Below, one piece after another: positions 61,084-64,000 of a stretch of DNA of 64,000 nucleotides. The stretch is taken from assembly GCA_963700285.1 (NCBI GenBank), contig CAVOXA010000001.1:1664001-1728000 (forward strand), given 5' to 3'. A program made the position numbers and the translations under genes. The notes under the pieces are model-generated. The model searched no databases. It was not told the DNA's origin and saw only the letters and a list, made by a program, of their open reading frames with translations. The DNA is from an uncultured Chloroflexia bacterium (GTDB taxonomy: Bacteria > Chloroflexota > Anaerolineae > JAAYZQ01). The stretch's first letter is position 1. Each line of letters opens with the position of its first letter.

Positions 61084-61953
61084 GAAATCCACGCCGACCT
61101 GGACCGGAAACACCAGGCTCTTCTTGGGATGCAGGACCAAGCGCAGCCGCGCCCCCAGGAACTCACGGATGGCGGCCTTCCAGTCCTGCAGTTGCGCCTT
61201 GTCGTTGCAAAAGAGGACAAAGTCGTCCATGTAGCGCAGGTAGGCGCGACACTTCAACTGGTGTTTGGCAAACGTGTCCAGCTCGTGCAAATACAGGTTG
61301 GCCCAGAACTGGCTGGTAAGGTTCCCGATCGGAAGGCAGCGCGGGCGCAGCGCCGCAAAGAGGCCCTCACCCGAGCCCGTCGTCGGGTAATCGCCCGGGA
61401 AATAGACGGGCGGGCACTCGCTGGCCTGGATCCCCGCGCCGCTGTCCAAGATCTGGTCCACCAGCCACATCGCCTCCTGGTCGGCGATGCGCCGGGCAAG
61501 CAGGCCGCGCAGGATCTGGTGGTCGACGCTCGGAAAGTACTTGACGACATCGCCATGAAAGGCGTAGCCGTACTGGCGCAGCCAGGCCTGGCACTGATCC
61601 AGCGCCCGGTGGGTGCCCTTGCCCTGGCGACAGGCAAAGCTGGTGTCGATGAAACGCGCCTCCCAGATCGGCTCGATGACCCGGCACAGCGCGTGGTGCA
61701 CGACCCGATCGCGGAAGGGCGCGGCGCTGACCAGCCTCCGCTTCGGCTCGTGGATGTAGAAACTGGTGTAGGCGCCGGGCTGGTAGCTCCCCCCGCGCAG
61801 CTCGGCTTGCAGGTCCAGCAGGTTGTGCTCCAGGTCAAACTCAAAGCTGGCCACCGCCGCCCGGTCGCGCTTGCCTCTGCGGGCGGCGCGGAAGGCCAGG
61901 TAGAGGTTCTCAAAGCTATGGATCTGTGGGTACAGGTTCTTGTACGTTTTCAT
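60913..61953 (-). pseudogene. DGR reverse transcriptase, C-terminally truncated and fused to the TR remnant
   Basis: PKRRLVSAAPFRDRVVHHA, GKGTH, DVVKYFPSVDH, LPIGNLTSQF, YLRYMDDF; RT-like sequence stops at VDFIGFR, followed by CAGSPG (VR/TR end). Confidence 0.88.
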
Positions 61954-62010
61954 AGATCATGCTTCCCCGGCACCTGAGGGGCTAAAGCTCCCAAAACCCT
62001 CCCGCGGCGA

Positions 62011-62037
62011 TCTGAGGGGGGCAAAGCCCCCCTCAGA
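62011..62037. promoter_or_regulatory. Hairpin/cruciform downstream of the VR1 IMH (DGR homing element)
   Basis: TCTGAGGGGGGC-AAA-GCCCCCCTCAGA, perfect 12-bp stem about 40 nt after the target stop. Confidence 0.75.
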
Positions 62038-62075
62038 CTCCCCCTCAGAAGTCCAGGAACCAGCAATCCAGAAGC

Positions 62076-62203
62076 TCACTCTCCTGGCGACCCCGCACAC
62101 CGAAACCCGAGACTGATGTAGCTGTAACCCGGGTTGTGGCTGTACGCGGTCCGCCGCGCGGACGTAGTACGCATCGTTGAGCCACGAACCGCCACGCAGC
62201 ACC
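62076..62203 (-). repeat. Variable repeat VR1
   Basis: Codon-aligns with VR2; differences concentrated at positions 1-2 of NNC codons. Confidence 0.8.
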
Positions 62204-63605
62204 TTATACGAACCGCTGGCCGGCCCCGGCGGGTTGCGGTAGGGCGAGACGCCGTAGTAGCTGCTGCTGTACCAATCGTTGACCCATTCCCAGACGTTGC
62301 CGGCCATGTCCAGCGCGCCGTAGGGGCTGGCGCCGCTGGGGTAGCTGCCCACCCGGCTGGTGTCGCCCACGCAGCCGCTGTAGTTCGCCCGGCTGCAGTC
62401 CGGCGCCTGGTTCCCCCAGGGGTAGGTCCGCGCGCCGGTGCCGCGGGCCGCCTTCTCCCACTCGGCCTCGGTGGGCAGGCGCTTGCCGGCCCAGGTGCAG
62501 TAGGCCCGCGCCCCGTACCAGGTCACTTCGATGGCCGGGTGGTCGCCGTAGCCGGCATCGGCCTGCCAGACCCCGCCGGCCTGGTGGATGCGCACATCCG
62601 GATCGTCTGTGTCCAGCCAGGTGTCCCCCCCTCCTGCTGGTTGCCCCTGGCATTGAGAAATTCAGCGTACTGAGCGTTGGTCACCTCGTACCGGTCGATG
62701 GCGTAGGCGTCAAGGTACACGGTGTGCACCGGCTGCTCGTCGCTGTCGCCGTCGTTGCTGCCCATGGTGAACTCGCCGGCGGGCACGGAGACCATGTCGG
62801 CGGGCGGAGTCCGCTGTTCCGTGACAAAATCCCAAACCGGCCCGGCGGTGGTCGCCCCCCGCGAATCCCTGGCCACCACCTGCCAGTCGTAGTGCGCACC
62901 CTCGCTCAACCCGCCGGGGTCGCAACTGGCGCTGGCCACGTCGTTGCACACGAGCGCATCGCGTATCCGGCGTGCTGTCCCGGCCTCCAGGTAGACGTCA
63001 TAGGTCACCGCATCGCCGTCGGGATCGCCGCCGCTCCAGCTCAGCACCACGTCGACGCTCTGATCCGTGGCGCCGTCGGCCGGCGATGGAGCCCAGGGGC
63101 TGGTGGGCGGCTGGTTCGGGCGGTCCCTGCGGATCGTGGGCAGGTGTGCGCGGTGGATCGTGGGAAAGGTGGCGCGCAGGGTGTAGGAAGACGTGTTATT
63201 GAAACCCGTGGGCGTGTAGATATAGATGTAATAGTCCCCGGGATCCCCGGCGTAGTCCAGGTGGTATGGCGGCTTCCAGTCGCGGGCCACCGTATTGCCC
63301 GTCGATTGGTAGTACAGCAGCAACTGTACATCTTGACCGGTATGGTTGCTCAGGTCCACGGCGATCGGTCCGGCCCTGTAGAGATGGATGGAAAAGTAAT
63401 CCTTCTCGTCGTTGGGATAGCCATAGTAGGTCCGGTGCGAGCGCAGCGGGCCGTTGGCCTGCTGGTAGCTGTTGTTGGGCTCCACCTCCCAGGGGCCCTC
63501 AAAGTAGGCCAGGCTGGCCGCCAGGGACGCCGCCGGATAGGCCGGCACCCACCCCAGGGCCAGCAGTATGGTCATGGCCAGAATCGTTATCCCCGTTGGT
63601 TTCAT
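62076..63605 (-). pseudogene. DGR target 1: secreted PPC-like + Fn3-like + FGE-sulfatase (CLec) protein with two frameshifts
   Basis: Signal peptide; [49 protein letters not shown]; -1 at the G7 run 62625-62631 and +1 at ~62145; corrected end is [11 protein letters not shown]. Confidence 0.82.
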
Positions 63606-63660
63606 TGGCTGGCTCACTCCTCCTGTGAATTGCTATCGCCCTGTCTCACCGTGTCAGAAA

Positions 63661-63684
63661 CCTGCCCTGAGCGCCGTCGAAGGG
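63661..63684 (-). repeat. Short palindromic REP-like element downstream of VR2
   Basis: CCCTTCGACGGCGCTCAGGGCAGG; resembles the insertion inside the RT gene. Confidence 0.55.
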
Positions 63685-63708
63685 ACCGGGAAGCAAAAGT
63701 CCAGAAGC

Positions 63709-64000
63709 TCACTCTTCTGGCGACTGCGCACACCGAAACCCGACGATGTTGTAGGTGCCGTCCAGGCTGTGGTGGATGCGGTTCGCCGCGCGGAGGACGT
63801 TCGCTTCGGCGAGCCACGCACCGCTACGCAGCACCTTAAACGACCCGCTGGCTGGTCCGGGCGGGTCGCGGTAAGGCGAGATGCTGTAGTAGTTGTCTTT
63901 GTACCAATCGTTGACCCATTCCCAGACGTTGCCGGCCATATCCAGCGCGCCGTAGGGGCTGGCACCGCTGGGGTAGCTGCCCACCCGCGTCGTGTCGCCC
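63709..64000 (-). CDS. DGR target 2 (3' part): FGE-sulfatase/CLec domain with VR2 at ~63709-63835
   Basis: [22 protein letters not shown]...RAANR...VGFRCAQSPEE*; 5' part lies outside the window. Confidence 0.88.
   Translation of the reverse strand, partial: GDTTRVGSYPSGASPYGALDMAGNVWEWVNDWYKDNYYSISPYRDPPGPASGSFKVLRSGAWLAEANVLRAANRIHHSLDGTYNIVGFRCAQSPEE

Larger units (their letters stand above)
60870..64000 (-). mobile_element. Diversity-generating retroelement (degenerate; extends beyond the window)
   Basis: SQ-motif RT, two FGE/CLec targets with VR-type C-termini, IMH hairpin and TR remnant. Confidence 0.88.

Noticed and set aside
60913-61953. Group II intron, retron or CRISPR-associated RT
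   Set aside because: The LPIGNLTSQ (SQ) motif, short length and adjacent VR-bearing FGE genes indicate DGR class; no intron domain V or cas genes were seen.
61957-62595. Independent 212-aa gene
   Set aside because: It is the out-of-frame middle of target 1, lying between two frameshifts.
60440-64000. Intact AAC-rich TR or an avd gene
   Set aside because: No AAC-rich copy of the VR and no Avd-like ORF seen in the window; only the 28-nt TR end remains. They could lie beyond 64000.

Overview
GC-rich bacterial window. The SHMT-GcvT fusion, Pro/Thr-linker membrane kinases, LPxxxR motifs and repeat-derived intergenic hairpins suggest Chloroflexota/Anaerolineae (inference). Layout from left to right: (1) 0-7.4 kb: a membrane-anchored GH3, a Ser/Thr kinase, a divergent FHA-winged-helix regulator and a CpXC protein; (2) 7.5-42 kb: a minus-strand anaerobic purine-catabolism-type cluster (SHMT-GcvT fusion, frameshifted ssnA, two BMP-type ABC transporters, two Mo-hydroxylases, ygfK, carbamate kinase, two divergent carbamoyltransferases, two PLP enzymes, GntR); (3) 42-52 kb: gene remnants, GDPD, and an AfuABC-like ABC/HAD/PfkB/MFS operon behind a near-consensus promoter and an unrecognised ~300-nt structured leader ending in a terminator; (4) 52-64 kb: three receptor-like Ser/Thr kinases and PD40/PPC proteins, co-oriented with a diversity-generating retroelement (DGR) that has two FGE-sulfatase/CLec target genes. 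Most striking: the DGR RT is fused at its own 'DF-IGFR' motif to the last 28 nt of the template repeat (identical to the end of VR1) and the TR downstream spacer. The RT C-terminus and most of the TR are missing and no avd is visible, apparently through a microhomology deletion. All function calls are from motif recognition only; no searches were run.
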